Origin: a virus
Lineage: Duplodnaviria > Caudoviricetes
Length of the DNA stretch: 56,908 nucleotides
Reading direction: 5' to 3' (one strand)
Virus record (IMG/VR): IMGVR_UViG_3300027881_000016
Coordinates: 1 to 56,908 of that record
Part shown: in pieces, positions 19,544 through 28,283 of the stretch
How positions within the stretch are numbered: position 1 is the first letter of the stretch
Layout of the letters: every line of letters starts with the position of its first letter
Made by a program: the position numbers and the translations under genes
Notes under the pieces: generated by a model
Told to the model about the DNA's origin: nothing
Database searches by the model: none
What the model saw: the letters and a program-made list of their open reading frames with translations, nothing else

Positions 19544-22500
19544 TATGGTGTAGTACACTCCGCGTTTGCGCGGGCTCGTATCACATACGAGACTGAGAGG
19601 TCGTCGTATCCCGCTTTTCTGAATGTGAATTGGGCCGTAACTTGGGCATGAGCAAACTTAACCCCCGGGGTATTGATTACCGGCGCAGTTCCAAAAGAAC
19701 CGTCTTTCACGGCGTGCGCCGATACAGTTATACCCCTTGCAAGACCATTGTCGAGTGTGAAGAACTGCTTAAGTGTAATAAGCTCAAACCTATAGGAATA
19801 GCCTAATCCCATAGCTTCGGCGTAGTACGCATTGTTATTGTAGTCGTACTCCGTTATCGATATACGTATCTCGTCGGGTCTTTCGTTGAGATTGAAAAGC
19901 GCCAGCTCAGTCGGTTCGTTATAAGATCCTTGGTCGATCATGCTGGCAGGATCCGTGTCACCTATCCCATAGATCCCCCGTATGGCCTCTTCGTAGCCAT
20001 CCATTGCAATGATGGCGTCAGTCTCACTGAGCGTAACATATACACTTGTAAACGCCCGAGCCCCGCAATCATCCGGCACGTCGATCGCATAGGTTGCGTA
20101 CGAGTCACCGAGTAACGTAGGCGCCGTGGCACCATTATACGTGGGTGAGAATCCAGACTGCGTAGCTCCCAATATAGCTTCTGGATACTTAGTCGCTAGC
20201 GCGAGGATACCAACTGTCTCAGTCTGTGTGTGTCTAAGTGTCCAAGTTGCTGCGTCGTCACTCGTGTAGATGATGCCCAGCCCGGAGGCGTCGATGACAC
20301 CGTAAGCGATATATTTGAATCCCTTGACGTAGCTATCACCACCACAATACTTGATGCCGGCCATGGTTACGCCAGCAGCTTCGGCGGTGCCAGGTGCTGA
20401 CCACTTAGCGATGTCACTAGCGTCACCGTCTCCGGTGCAAGTGACTATGCGGAAGTCGTCCGAGATAGCAACCCACTGGTTCTCTGCGAAGACCAAGCCA
20501 ACGCAGTTGTACGAGTTAATCGTCCCCACCTTAGCTCCCGATGTGCCGAGGTGCGCGGTGTATGCGATCTCCATGTTCGTAACGCCGGAGCCGATGCTTA
20601 CGATCGCCCCGTCACCAGAAGCGATCAGTTTGCTGCCAGTCGCGGCATCGTAAGTGATCGCGATACCCGTCCAAGTATTCGAAACCGGATTCGTATGGAG
20701 GTCTTGGCTACGTAGCAAGAAATTGACACCAGTGACAGCAGCAAACATATACCGTGCTGCTTCGGGTGCAAGCGCTATACCGACGATGTCAGCTGTAGCA
20801 TCTATCGCCTCATCCACAGGAATGACAGACCAAGTTTCACCATCGGGCGAGTACTGCAGACTCAGGTTATCGCCACCGGCAACTAAGGCACTGAATGCTG
20901 GGTGCCACGTTATTGCGTTGATAGCCTTGGAAGTCTGGAGCGTGTATGCATGCACGCGCGGAGTCCACGTCACACCGTTATCATCCGAAGTTGCTATGTT
21001 CGGCGTGCTTGGATTTGTCACTGCGCCGGCACCATTATTGCTGGTAACTATCCAGCGATCAAGCGAAGGAGCATATATAGCGTCAGTCGGAGTGATCTCA
21101 TGATCGGCAGTTTGGCCGATACCGGAGTAGGAGTCCCAATCGAGTATGTCCAAGTGCGAGCTGATTGCGTAAGCGAGGTCGGTCCCGCCGTTGTCGAAGT
21201 CAGCAAAAGCAACAACGATCGAAGTGTAATCTTCGAGCTGGTTAATGGTAAACGTCTCCGGAGCTATCAAGTCAACAGTTGACGTCACCAACAAATCGTT
21301 AGGAACGGTGCATGTGATCGTTTCTTCTTCAAGAATGCTGTACTCGGCGCGCGCGCTGAGCGTAATGGTTACTTGTGTGGCGCTGTCCCGCGAAACGTCT
21401 GACGTTAAAATATTGTGTCGGATGGCGTTCCACCCAGTATTGTAGTCGCCATCCGATACAAGCCCATTGAGTAAAGCCTGCGTCTGCAACTCAGTCCCAA
21501 GCGCTGCAGCACCCGTCGCGATCCAAGTATCACTCGTAAGCGTGAGTATGATTGTTCGGCCACCAGCGACTATATCGGTCTCTACCGGCCAATCATCCAC
21601 ATTCACAACTGTACCAGTCAGCGCCACAGCGGCTGGCGGTTGCGTTACGTTGTCGGGTCCATCGAAGAACCCGAAGTACTTACCGTCATGGATCTCACCA
21701 ACGATGGTAGTCGGCTCAAACGCGTCCCATTCTTCCTTACCGACGTAGTCTCTAGTGACTATCTTTGCGCCGTTTGCGCTGATCTCAACCAGTCCATCTG
21801 GAGACGCGTATATGACGCGATCCTCTGTGGACGCGATCGACTGTTTGCTCACGCATGCTTGGTTGATCTTGAACGGGCGTATGTTCACGTTGCGGGGATG
21901 CGACCCCGTCAGTATGTACGGAGTGCCCTCAGTCAGCAACACGGCCGAGTTGCCGATTGCTGCTGTTCCGACGATCTCGTAATTGATTGCCTGGTCATAC
22001 TCCGCCGGCCAAGCGTGTGGGAAGTAGGGCTCGCACATATACACATTCTTGCCTTTGACACCAATCATCATGCCGTTGGGCAATGCCAGTATGCTATGCA
22101 TCTCCGGGTCGGGCGGATCCCATGTCTCTGTGTCTAAAATCTTGCCGAGAAGGGCATTAGGCACGCTGTCGGTAGTCCTACCCGAAACGCTTGCTCTAAA
22201 CACGTCCTCTACAGAAACGTCTCTGACAAACCGATACTCCGTGCCGGCTGCTGTAGCAGAAGTGCGGTAGATACGGATTGTCGTTATCTCGCGGTTGTAA
22301 GTGGGCGGCGCCTCTATGCCAGTGATCGTAATTGTGTCGCCGTCAATAGCTTGGACGATTCCAGATACCCGGGATGGCGGGCCTTCTTCGCCGAGATTGG
22401 ATACGTACGTATATAGGTACGTACGATCCTCTAAGACGTTAACGTCTGATGCAGCGCGATCAACGTCGTAGTAAAAGGAGCCCTTGAGTGCTGGGAAATC

Positions 22501-23496
22501 GGACGTGCCGCTTGTGTTTGCCTTAACCTTAGCCGCTGATGTTTGGTAGAACGTCTCCTCGTCAATTGTGACCTCTACTTCGGCATCCCAATCGATCTCG
22601 TAATAGTTCTGCGTAACTCCTGCTTCGTAGATAATCCCAGCGCTATAGTCTGTGCGTGTAATGCGTAGCGTATCTCCTACGCGCAAAAGATGACCTGTAA
22701 TGCGTGCTTCGACCCCATCCGGAATACGCCAACCAACCCCTTCGATTAGTCGGGTCGCGTCACCGTCATTCGTCATCGCTTGCCAGAAATCAGTAGACGA
22801 CTTGTCATTCGCTGCGGTGGACGCGAATACGCCAGTGCCGGTAGTTGATCCGAGCCGTACGCGATCCTCGTCAATAATCTCGGTGACCTTGACTGAGTCC
22901 CCCACCGCTAAATCGAATGCCAGTTGACCAGCGCTAGTCATATTCCATAGCGTGGTAGGAGTGCCAGAGCCAACCGCTGTGAAGTTTCCGTGTACAATTT
23001 CGAATTTTTTGGTCTTGAGAGAGCCAACTTCGACGCGACGGAGCGAAGAATCAACTGCCTCTGGTAGTGGTTGGCCTACCACCGTGGGAGCAGTACCTAC
23101 CACCGGATCCCCCGGCGCTGGGATACCCAAACGGCGATAATTCGTTGGGAACGGACCGAGGCCGGCCTCGGCGATGCCTATGTACGTCATCTTTGGCGCA
23201 CCATCGCCTGTGTAATACGTGCGCTCCAGCGGGTCGCCTTTAACCGAGCCGCGAGCTACATCGACATAGTTGTCCCATTCAAACCACCGCGGATCATCGT
23301 CATTGTCAAACTTGTAAATGGTCTTGTTGGTATAGAGGTTTGCGACCAAGGCCACTTCGGCGTAGTCAATCCACGGCTCAAGATCACCGGATCCGAGCTT
23401 AGCGTTGGATGCTGTTTGGGCTTCGCCTTCAGGGAGTTTTAGCGCCGAGCGATCTGGGCGAATTCCTCTGAACTGACTTACACTAAAGTCCGCCAT
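19543..23496 (-). CDS. tail nozzle / tubular protein B-like protein with ~700-aa C-terminal extension
   Basis: FRGIRP...AQTASN, YLYTYVSNLGEEGPPS, IRIYRT, CEPYFPHAWP, YASPDGLV motifs; extension has S-x-D-x-G-x-T-W Asp-box-like repeats. Confidence 0.75.
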   Translation of the reverse strand: MADFSVSQFRGIRPDRSALKLPEGEAQTASNAKLGSGDLEPWIDYAEVALVANLYTNKTIYKFDNDDDPRWFEWDNYVDVARGSVKGDPLERTYYTGDGAPKMTYIGIAEAGLGPFPTNYRRLGIPAPGDPVVGTAPTVVGQPLPEAVDSSLRRVEVGSLKTKKFEIVHGNFTAVGSGTPTTLWNMTSAGQLAFDLAVGDSVKVTEIIDEDRVRLGSTTGTGVFASTAANDKSSTDFWQAMTNDGDATRLIEGVGWRIPDGVEARITGHLLRVGDTLRITRTDYSAGIIYEAGVTQNYYEIDWDAEVEVTIDEETFYQTSAAKVKANTSGTSDFPALKGSFYYDVDRAASDVNVLEDRTYLYTYVSNLGEEGPPSRVSGIVQAIDGDTITITGIEAPPTYNREITTIRIYRTSATAAGTEYRFVRDVSVEDVFRASVSGRTTDSVPNALLGKILDTETWDPPDPEMHSILALPNGMMIGVKGKNVYMCEPYFPHAWPAEYDQAINYEIVGTAAIGNSAVLLTEGTPYILTGSHPRNVNIRPFKINQACVSKQSIASTEDRVIYASPDGLVEISANGAKIVTRDYVGKEEWDAFEPTTIVGEIHDGKYFGFFDGPDNVTQPPAAVALTGTVVNVDDWPVETDIVAGGRTIILTLTSDTWIATGAAALGTELQTQALLNGLVSDGDYNTGWNAIRHNILTSDVSRDSATQVTITLSARAEYSILEEETITCTVPNDLLVTSTVDLIAPETFTINQLEDYTSIVVAFADFDNGGTDLAYAISSHLDILDWDSYSGIGQTADHEITPTDAIYAPSLDRWIVTSNNGAGAVTNPSTPNIATSDDNGVTWTPRVHAYTLQTSKAINAITWHPAFSALVAGGDNLSLQYSPDGETWSVIPVDEAIDATADIVGIALAPEAARYMFAAVTGVNFLLRSQDLHTNPVSNTWTGIAITYDAATGSKLIASGDGAIVSIGSGVTNMEIAYTAHLGTSGAKVGTINSYNCVGLVFAENQWVAISDDFRIVTCTGDGDASDIAKWSAPGTAEAAGVTMAGIKYCGGDSYVKGFKYIAYGVIDASGLGIIYTSDDAATWTLRHTQTETVGILALATKYPEAILGATQSGFSPTYNGATAPTLLGDSYATYAIDVPDDCGARAFTSVYVTLSETDAIIAMDGYEEAIRGIYGIGDTDPASMIDQGSYNEPTELALFNLNERPDEIRISITEYDYNNNAYYAEAMGLGYSYRFELITLKQFFTLDNGLARGITVSAHAVKDGSFGTAPVINTPGVKFAHAQVTAQFTFRKAGYDDLSVSYVIRARANAECTTP

Positions 23497-24163
23497 AAGC
23501 CATTGTGTCCTTCGGCTGACCGAAATCGGCTTCTGCGCGTGACTTGGCTGCCTTTATTCCCTCGTCAAATTCTCTCAGATAGTACGCGGCCATTTTGGCA
23601 TTTGTCCAATCTTTGCCCTGCTGCTTCATGAGCTGAGCACACACACCGGCCTTAATGACCTCCTCGTGCTCGTAGAACAAAAAGTCTGGCAGCGTGTCGC
23701 TGACCGCCGTAAAGACGGGCGCGATTATTGAACGAATGAGGAATGCGGTCGTTACTGTCGCAGCGACTTGTGGAATTATTAATGCGCCCCCATCGTTGCC
23801 GTGAGTCCAATAACTCGGGCTTGACCCAACTTCGGTGTTCCAGTCGGGGTTCTCGCGATCAAGCTCGTCACGAGTTTTGAATGGGATTTCCTGGTCCCAT
23901 GCATCGCCGCCAGAGTCGTACTTGATCTGGTCCACGCGCTTCACGATACACTTTGTTGGTATGTCCGTACCAGCAACTGGTGCCTCGAGCGCGAGCTGAG
24001 TCAACGTCCAATCAAGTCCGTTGTCATACGTGTACTTCCACGCCTCAGAGCGCCAGAAGAACTGACGGATCACCCGGTAAATAGTATCGTTGAGCGCAGG
24101 CTCGATTATACCGGGGAGCTCGATACGTAGCGAGGGTTGTAGCGTTGAAATTGCAACAGCCAT
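23483..24163 (-). CDS. head-tail adaptor / tail tubular protein A-like
   Basis: Synteny; LPD...E-I--G----LM-Q-GK-WTN motif. Confidence 0.65.
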   Translation of the reverse strand: MAVAISTLQPSLRIELPGIIEPALNDTIYRVIRQFFWRSEAWKYTYDNGLDWTLTQLALEAPVAGTDIPTKCIVKRVDQIKYDSGGDAWDQEIPFKTRDELDRENPDWNTEVGSSPSYWTHGNDGGALIIPQVAATVTTAFLIRSIIAPVFTAVSDTLPDFLFYEHEEVIKAGVCAQLMKQQGKDWTNAKMAAYYLREFDEGIKAAKSRAEADFGQPKDTMAYGGL

Positions 24164-24849
24164 TATCCTTCCTCTGGCGGAACTTTAGCTTCGGGGCTTA
24201 CTTCTAACAGCATCTTTCTGCCGAGTCCGAGTGCCACCAAGTAATTCTGCCACAGCCCTTGCTGGTATGCTGATGGCATAGTGTGGCGACCTTCCTTGGT
24301 CAGCGCCCGGTATGTCATATACTGGACAGTGGCATTGATGTATTCGTCGTCCAAACCAAACGTGTTGCCAACAGCTGTATGCGCCGTGGGCACTGCGCTG
24401 TAGACGATCGCTAACATCTTGTTGACAGCTGCGGGTGCAGGGTAAAGATAGAAAATCTTAGGCTCGTTCGGATCGTGACAATAGTGATCGAAGAAGTTAG
24501 CCCCGTCTGCTTTCGCAGCGGAGTCGTACTCCCAACCCGGAGCATACGTGTCCAGCGCGTCTTTCTCTGCGTACCGAATTACGCCTTGTGGCGTAGTGCC
24601 ATCATCAGCGTAATTCCTGGACGCTTTGAGAAACTTAATGCCCCCCGACGGTAGCGCTTGGCGCGATATGAGCGTAGAGCCCGTATCGTGTATGGTCTCG
24701 GTAGAGTTGGCTTCTGGTACGAGCGTAACGGTTTGACGTATGCCGGCGTTGCAGTAATCAATCAGCTCTGCGTCACTCCAGCGAAACGTCGCACTCTCGT
24801 CGTGGATTACCCTTCGTACTTCAGTAATCAGTACTTGTACCGTAGCCAT
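24163..24849 (-). CDS. head-tail adaptor (DUF6682-like)
   Basis: D...RWSDAELIDY-N-G, FYLYPAP, YMTYRAL-K motifs. Confidence 0.7.
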   Translation of the reverse strand: MATVQVLITEVRRVIHDESATFRWSDAELIDYCNAGIRQTVTLVPEANSTETIHDTGSTLISRQALPSGGIKFLKASRNYADDGTTPQGVIRYAEKDALDTYAPGWEYDSAAKADGANFFDHYCHDPNEPKIFYLYPAPAAVNKMLAIVYSAVPTAHTAVGNTFGLDDEYINATVQYMTYRALTKEGRHTMPSAYQQGLWQNYLVALGLGRKMLLEVSPEAKVPPEEG

Positions 24850-24852
24850 TCT

Positions 24853-25251
24853 CTACTCCGCGAGGTTGATGTTCTCCTGCAGCCTAGCATAGGCGTCAGA
24901 GACCTCAGTCGCTGTTGGGCGGCGGACATCCGGACCCATTTCCGCGATCACGCGATTGGTATTCGGAGTTCCATCCTTCTTAAAATCCGACTCGTCCTTG
25001 CGAGTCAAGATCCGGATAATTGCCTGATCAAGAGCCACATCGAACTCGTCACTCTCGTCATTATCCTTCGTTTCTGCGGGGGCTTCTATAGGCGGAGCCG
25101 CTTCGCCAGTTTCACGCAGCCCGGCCGCTTGGGCTTCCCGCACGATCTCGGGCGGAATCCAAACAGGAACATCCGCCTCGGCGGTAATTGAGTGTCCTTT
25201 GCGGGTATCTACAACGGCTGGGTAATGGGATTTCATCATAGGCATGGCCAT
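24853..25251 (-). CDS. hypothetical protein downstream of capsid genes
   Basis: Start MAMPMMKS (or the next Met) after AGAGGA; DFKKDGTPN motif. Confidence 0.65.
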   Translation of the reverse strand: MAMPMMKSHYPAVVDTRKGHSITAEADVPVWIPPEIVREAQAAGLRETGEAAPPIEAPAETKDNDESDEFDVALDQAIIRILTRKDESDFKKDGTPNTNRVIAEMGPDVRRPTATEVSDAYARLQENINLAE

Positions 25252-25271
25252 GATCCTCTTGTTGTTGTGAT

Positions 25272-25297
25272 AAAAACCCCCCGGGCGAACCCGGGGG
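25272..25297 (-). terminator. Rho-independent terminator after the capsid operon
   Basis: Minus strand CCCCCGGG-TTCG-CCCGGGGGG-TTTTT. Confidence 0.85.
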
Positions 25298-25324
25298 ATG
25301 GGTGGATCTGCACTACGGGAACGG

Positions 25325-25747
25325 CTAGTTCTCGTAGTTGATGGTGTTGTAACTTGGGTCTGCGTAGCACAGCAACATGTTGCCGGCACCAGTCGTGGGT
25401 ACTGCACCAACAGCCGTCCAAATAGCATTGACGGGTCGGTCAGCAGCCGCGACAGCGATACCGAGCAAATTACCGAGTACCTTAGACACACCGGTGGAGG
25501 TCAAGTCATACGCGGTTACGTATTCATCGACATCCGTATCACCGACGGTCATGGAGTCAGAAGTTGCTGAGTTAAACACCGTTGTACAGGCGAATGATCC
25601 GCCGATTACCGTGGCACCCAGAGGCAGGCGAAAAAGTTCAAACGCCGTGGCCGAGGTTGCCGCGATGCAATCAGCATAATCAAAAGTGGCATACGCCGAA
25701 AGGACGAAGCCGCGAGTTTGTGCAGGTCCTACTGCTGCGGTAGTCAT
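25325..25747 (-). CDS. putative capsid decoration/cement protein
   Basis: 140-aa beta-rich ORF directly after the MCP with GGAG RBS. Confidence 0.65.
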   Translation of the reverse strand: MTTAAVGPAQTRGFVLSAYATFDYADCIAATSATAFELFRLPLGATVIGGSFACTTVFNSATSDSMTVGDTDVDEYVTAYDLTSTGVSKVLGNLLGIAVAAADRPVNAIWTAVGAVPTTGAGNMLLCYADPSYNTINYEN

Positions 25748-25759
25748 AATCGCTCTCCT

Positions 25760-26872
25760 CTATACCGCTGTGTCGCAGACGATGACACCGAAGTCTTCAT
25801 CTTGCGCAGCGATTTGTGAACGGAAAACCGGTTTCAAGAAACCGAACATCTTGCCGATGCTGATACCTTGCTGGTTGTCGTAGTCGAAGCCCTTCTCGAC
25901 CCACTCCGGAGCACCGATGTCTGCCATGCCGAGCGATTGCGCGCCGGCGAACAGCATACGTTGTCCATCAATCGCGCTGCCAGCACCCCACTTGGAGCCA
26001 GATGCTGCGCCCTTCGTGTTGTAGACATGACGATATTCGTGAATCATGAGGCCATCAACCATGACCGTATCGGTACCCTTGAACAGTTCGTTGTTTCCAC
26101 CGCGAACTCCAGCGTTCCGTACGTTAGCCAGGTAGTCAGGATCCTGACGCAGTTTAGCCATACCAGCCGGCGTCTGGAAAACATGGAAGAACTCTTGGCC
26201 ACCCGGGCCTTTGATTCCGCGAACATAGTTTTCCTTAGCGAAGGCTTTCAGCTCAACCAACATCGCCCACGAAGGTGTGTCAGCGGCAGCAACACTGCCA
26301 GTCTGGCCAACACCAGCGACGAGACCCGAAGTGGCATCCCAACGGCGATGACGATTAGTCGTGGGAATCGATACGTCGTCTGCGAAGTCGAGGTTAGCAA
26401 AAGTCGTGCTAGCACGAGTTGCACCGCGATTCGTTTTCGAGTAAACGACACCAGACAGCGTCAAGAAGGCAAGCTGGTCAATTCGATCTGCCAGCCAGTA
26501 TGCGAGAACATCACGCGAGTTCGAACGGAACGTCACGACTGATTTCTGTTCTGCGAGGCGACCTTTGTGCCGGTTAGCCTGACGAAGCTGATCAATCTGG
26601 ATTACTTGGTCGTAAGCCTTGATCTCTTCTTCGTTGCCTTCCAACTGGTTGTCGCCTGCGACACCGTCCTCTTCGAGGTCGGCGACCAGGGTAATTACAG
26701 CTCGTGTGCCCTTTTCGTTCTTCGTGAGTTCCGTAATTCTCTGAATCATGGCGTTCGGACCGCTGCCCGTAAACTTGGTGGTGAACGCGTAGTTGCGCGC
26801 AGCCTTCCAAACTTGGCGGGACCATACGGTCTTTTGCTCATCAGTCAGGTTGTTAAAGTTTGTAACAGTCAT
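25760..26872 (-). CDS. major capsid protein (DUF4043 / N4-gp56-like)
   Basis: IQRITELTK..KG..AVITL, GDNQLEGNEE, IDQLR-A, L--W----DQLAF, DY-NQ-GI...G--KP-F...DFGVI--DTA motifs. Confidence 0.92.
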   Translation of the reverse strand: MTVTNFNNLTDEQKTVWSRQVWKAARNYAFTTKFTGSGPNAMIQRITELTKNEKGTRAVITLVADLEEDGVAGDNQLEGNEEEIKAYDQVIQIDQLRQANRHKGRLAEQKSVVTFRSNSRDVLAYWLADRIDQLAFLTLSGVVYSKTNRGATRASTTFANLDFADDVSIPTTNRHRRWDATSGLVAGVGQTGSVAAADTPSWAMLVELKAFAKENYVRGIKGPGGQEFFHVFQTPAGMAKLRQDPDYLANVRNAGVRGGNNELFKGTDTVMVDGLMIHEYRHVYNTKGAASGSKWGAGSAIDGQRMLFAGAQSLGMADIGAPEWVEKGFDYDNQQGISIGKMFGFLKPVFRSQIAAQDEDFGVIVCDTAV

Positions 26873-27018
26873 TGCAGACTCTCCAAAGATTAAAACGAAA
26901 CAAAAAAAGTATGCGCATAATTGCGCGGTTTCCCTACTTTACCGTCGGGCGACGTGTTCCGCTTTTTAGGAGATCGGCTCCGGCGCAGTTTTTACGTCCG
27001 GCCAAGGACGAAGAACTG

Positions 27019-27048
27019 ATTATGCGCCTGTGTTGCCGTATATGTCAA
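27019..27048 (-). promoter_or_regulatory. sigma70-type promoter for the capsid operon
   Basis: Minus strand TTGACA-N18-CATAAT, ~145 nt upstream of the MCP start. Confidence 0.7.
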
Positions 27049-27059
27049 CACAGATGCAT

Positions 27060-27095
27060 AAATTACCTGCACTTATCCACAAGTGCAGGTAATTT
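27060..27095. repeat. perfect 15-bp inverted repeat overlapping a DnaA box (TTATCCACA)
   Basis: AAATTACCTGCACTT-ATCCAC-AAGTGCAGGTAATTT. Confidence 0.85.
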
Positions 27096-27105
27096 TGTCC
27101 ACATT

Positions 27106-27138
27106 TAGCTATACAATCTGAGACAGTTTGTATAGCTA
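27106..27138. repeat. inverted repeat right after the scaffold stop codon (terminator/stability hairpin)
   Basis: TAGCTATACAA-tCTGagaCAGt-TTGTATAGCTA. Confidence 0.7.
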
Positions 27139-28266
27139 TTAGTCTACAAAGTCGCCGCGGAGGCGCGCGAGCGTCTTTTCTGGCAGGGCATCGAGCTCCT
27201 CGTCAGTCATGTTCTCGATATCCGGAACCACGGCACCAGCCGCGTCGGAGGCCAATCCTTCGCCAGCAACCGGCTTGTGTGCGTTCTTGGCTGCTGCCAG
27301 CTTGGCCGGCACATCAGTCTTTTTGCCCTTCGGCTTAGGCTCCACATCATCTTCCGCATCACCTTCCGCTGCGCCTATTTCTTTCAGGCCGTATTGGACT
27401 ATCACGTCGGAAAGAGCCATCACAAACGCATCTCCCGGGTTCTCAGCTTCACCAGACTCGACATATCCGCGGTAATACACCATGACCTTCCTAGTCATGG
27501 CCGGGTCAAAGTCCTCACTGTTCTGGTCGAATACCGGGAACATCTTCTCGGCTTCTGCCGATAAAGTGCCCAGCTCCGCAGCAGTATCAGCCTGATTGCG
27601 CCTGCCCTCCACGGTTTCAGTCGTATCGGCCCGGAAGTCAGCCTTCTCGGCCGCACGAATCTCTTTGCGCTTCGCTAATGCATCGACGGTCTTCCCGTCG
27701 AGCAGAAGATCCATGTACTCGGTTTCAGCAAGGTCGAAGTCGTAGACCTCCGCTTCGCCCTCTTCGGTCGCCGTGTTCTGCGCCTTGAGCGCCTCCAGCT
27801 CAGTTTCAGCTGCTTTGCGGCGTTCGTTTACTTCGTCGAATCGGTGTTTGGGGATTCCTTTTGGCGCCGATTTTTGATCTGCGTCGTCCGCATTTTCACC
27901 AGCGTCATCGGCGTCTGCCTCTTCATCAGATGATTCAGCTTCGTCTTTCCCGCCTTTTTCTTCGCCGGCGTCTTCTTCTTCAGATTCGGATTCGGATTCG
28001 GATTCGGATTCGGACTCGCCGGCATCTGACTCGCCGGAATCATCTTTGTCGTCCACTTCTTCTTCTTCTTCTTTTTCATCGTCCTTCTCCGGGGCTACGT
28101 AGTTCGGGTCTGACCCATCATCAAGGCCGGCTGGATCGAAGTCATCGATGTCATCTTTCTCGCCACCGAAATACGTTAGTTGCTCAGCTTTGCGCTCTTC
28201 TTCATCACCTAAATCTTCCGCAAGCGCTGCATCCGGAGCGAGATCCGGGTCGTCTTTCCTGCCCAT
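27139..28266 (-). CDS. capsid scaffolding protein
   Basis: Very acidic; IPKHRFDEVN coiled coil; MTDEELDALPE...RLRGD C-terminus; between portal and MCP. Confidence 0.8.
   Translation of the reverse strand: MGRKDDPDLAPDAALAEDLGDEEERKAEQLTYFGGEKDDIDDFDPAGLDDGSDPNYVAPEKDDEKEEEEEVDDKDDSGESDAGESESESESESESEEEDAGEEKGGKDEAESSDEEADADDAGENADDADQKSAPKGIPKHRFDEVNERRKAAETELEALKAQNTATEEGEAEVYDFDLAETEYMDLLLDGKTVDALAKRKEIRAAEKADFRADTTETVEGRRNQADTAAELGTLSAEAEKMFPVFDQNSEDFDPAMTRKVMVYYRGYVESGEAENPGDAFVMALSDVIVQYGLKEIGAAEGDAEDDVEPKPKGKKTDVPAKLAAAKNAHKPVAGEGLASDAAGAVVPDIENMTDEELDALPEKTLARLRGDFVD
27983..28018. repeat. 6-bp tandem repeat (GATTCG x5 + GACTCG) encoding (ES)n
   Basis: Directly visible; in frame within the scaffold gene. 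Confidence 0.9.
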
Positions 28267-28283
28267 AATAGTTCCTTCGTGTT

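Noticed and set aside
19543-21660. Nozzle insertion as an intein or self-splicing intron
   Set aside because: No intein terminal residues (ends CTTP-stop) or endonuclease motifs; the segment is an open frame with Asp-box repeats and the next ORF has its own coupled start
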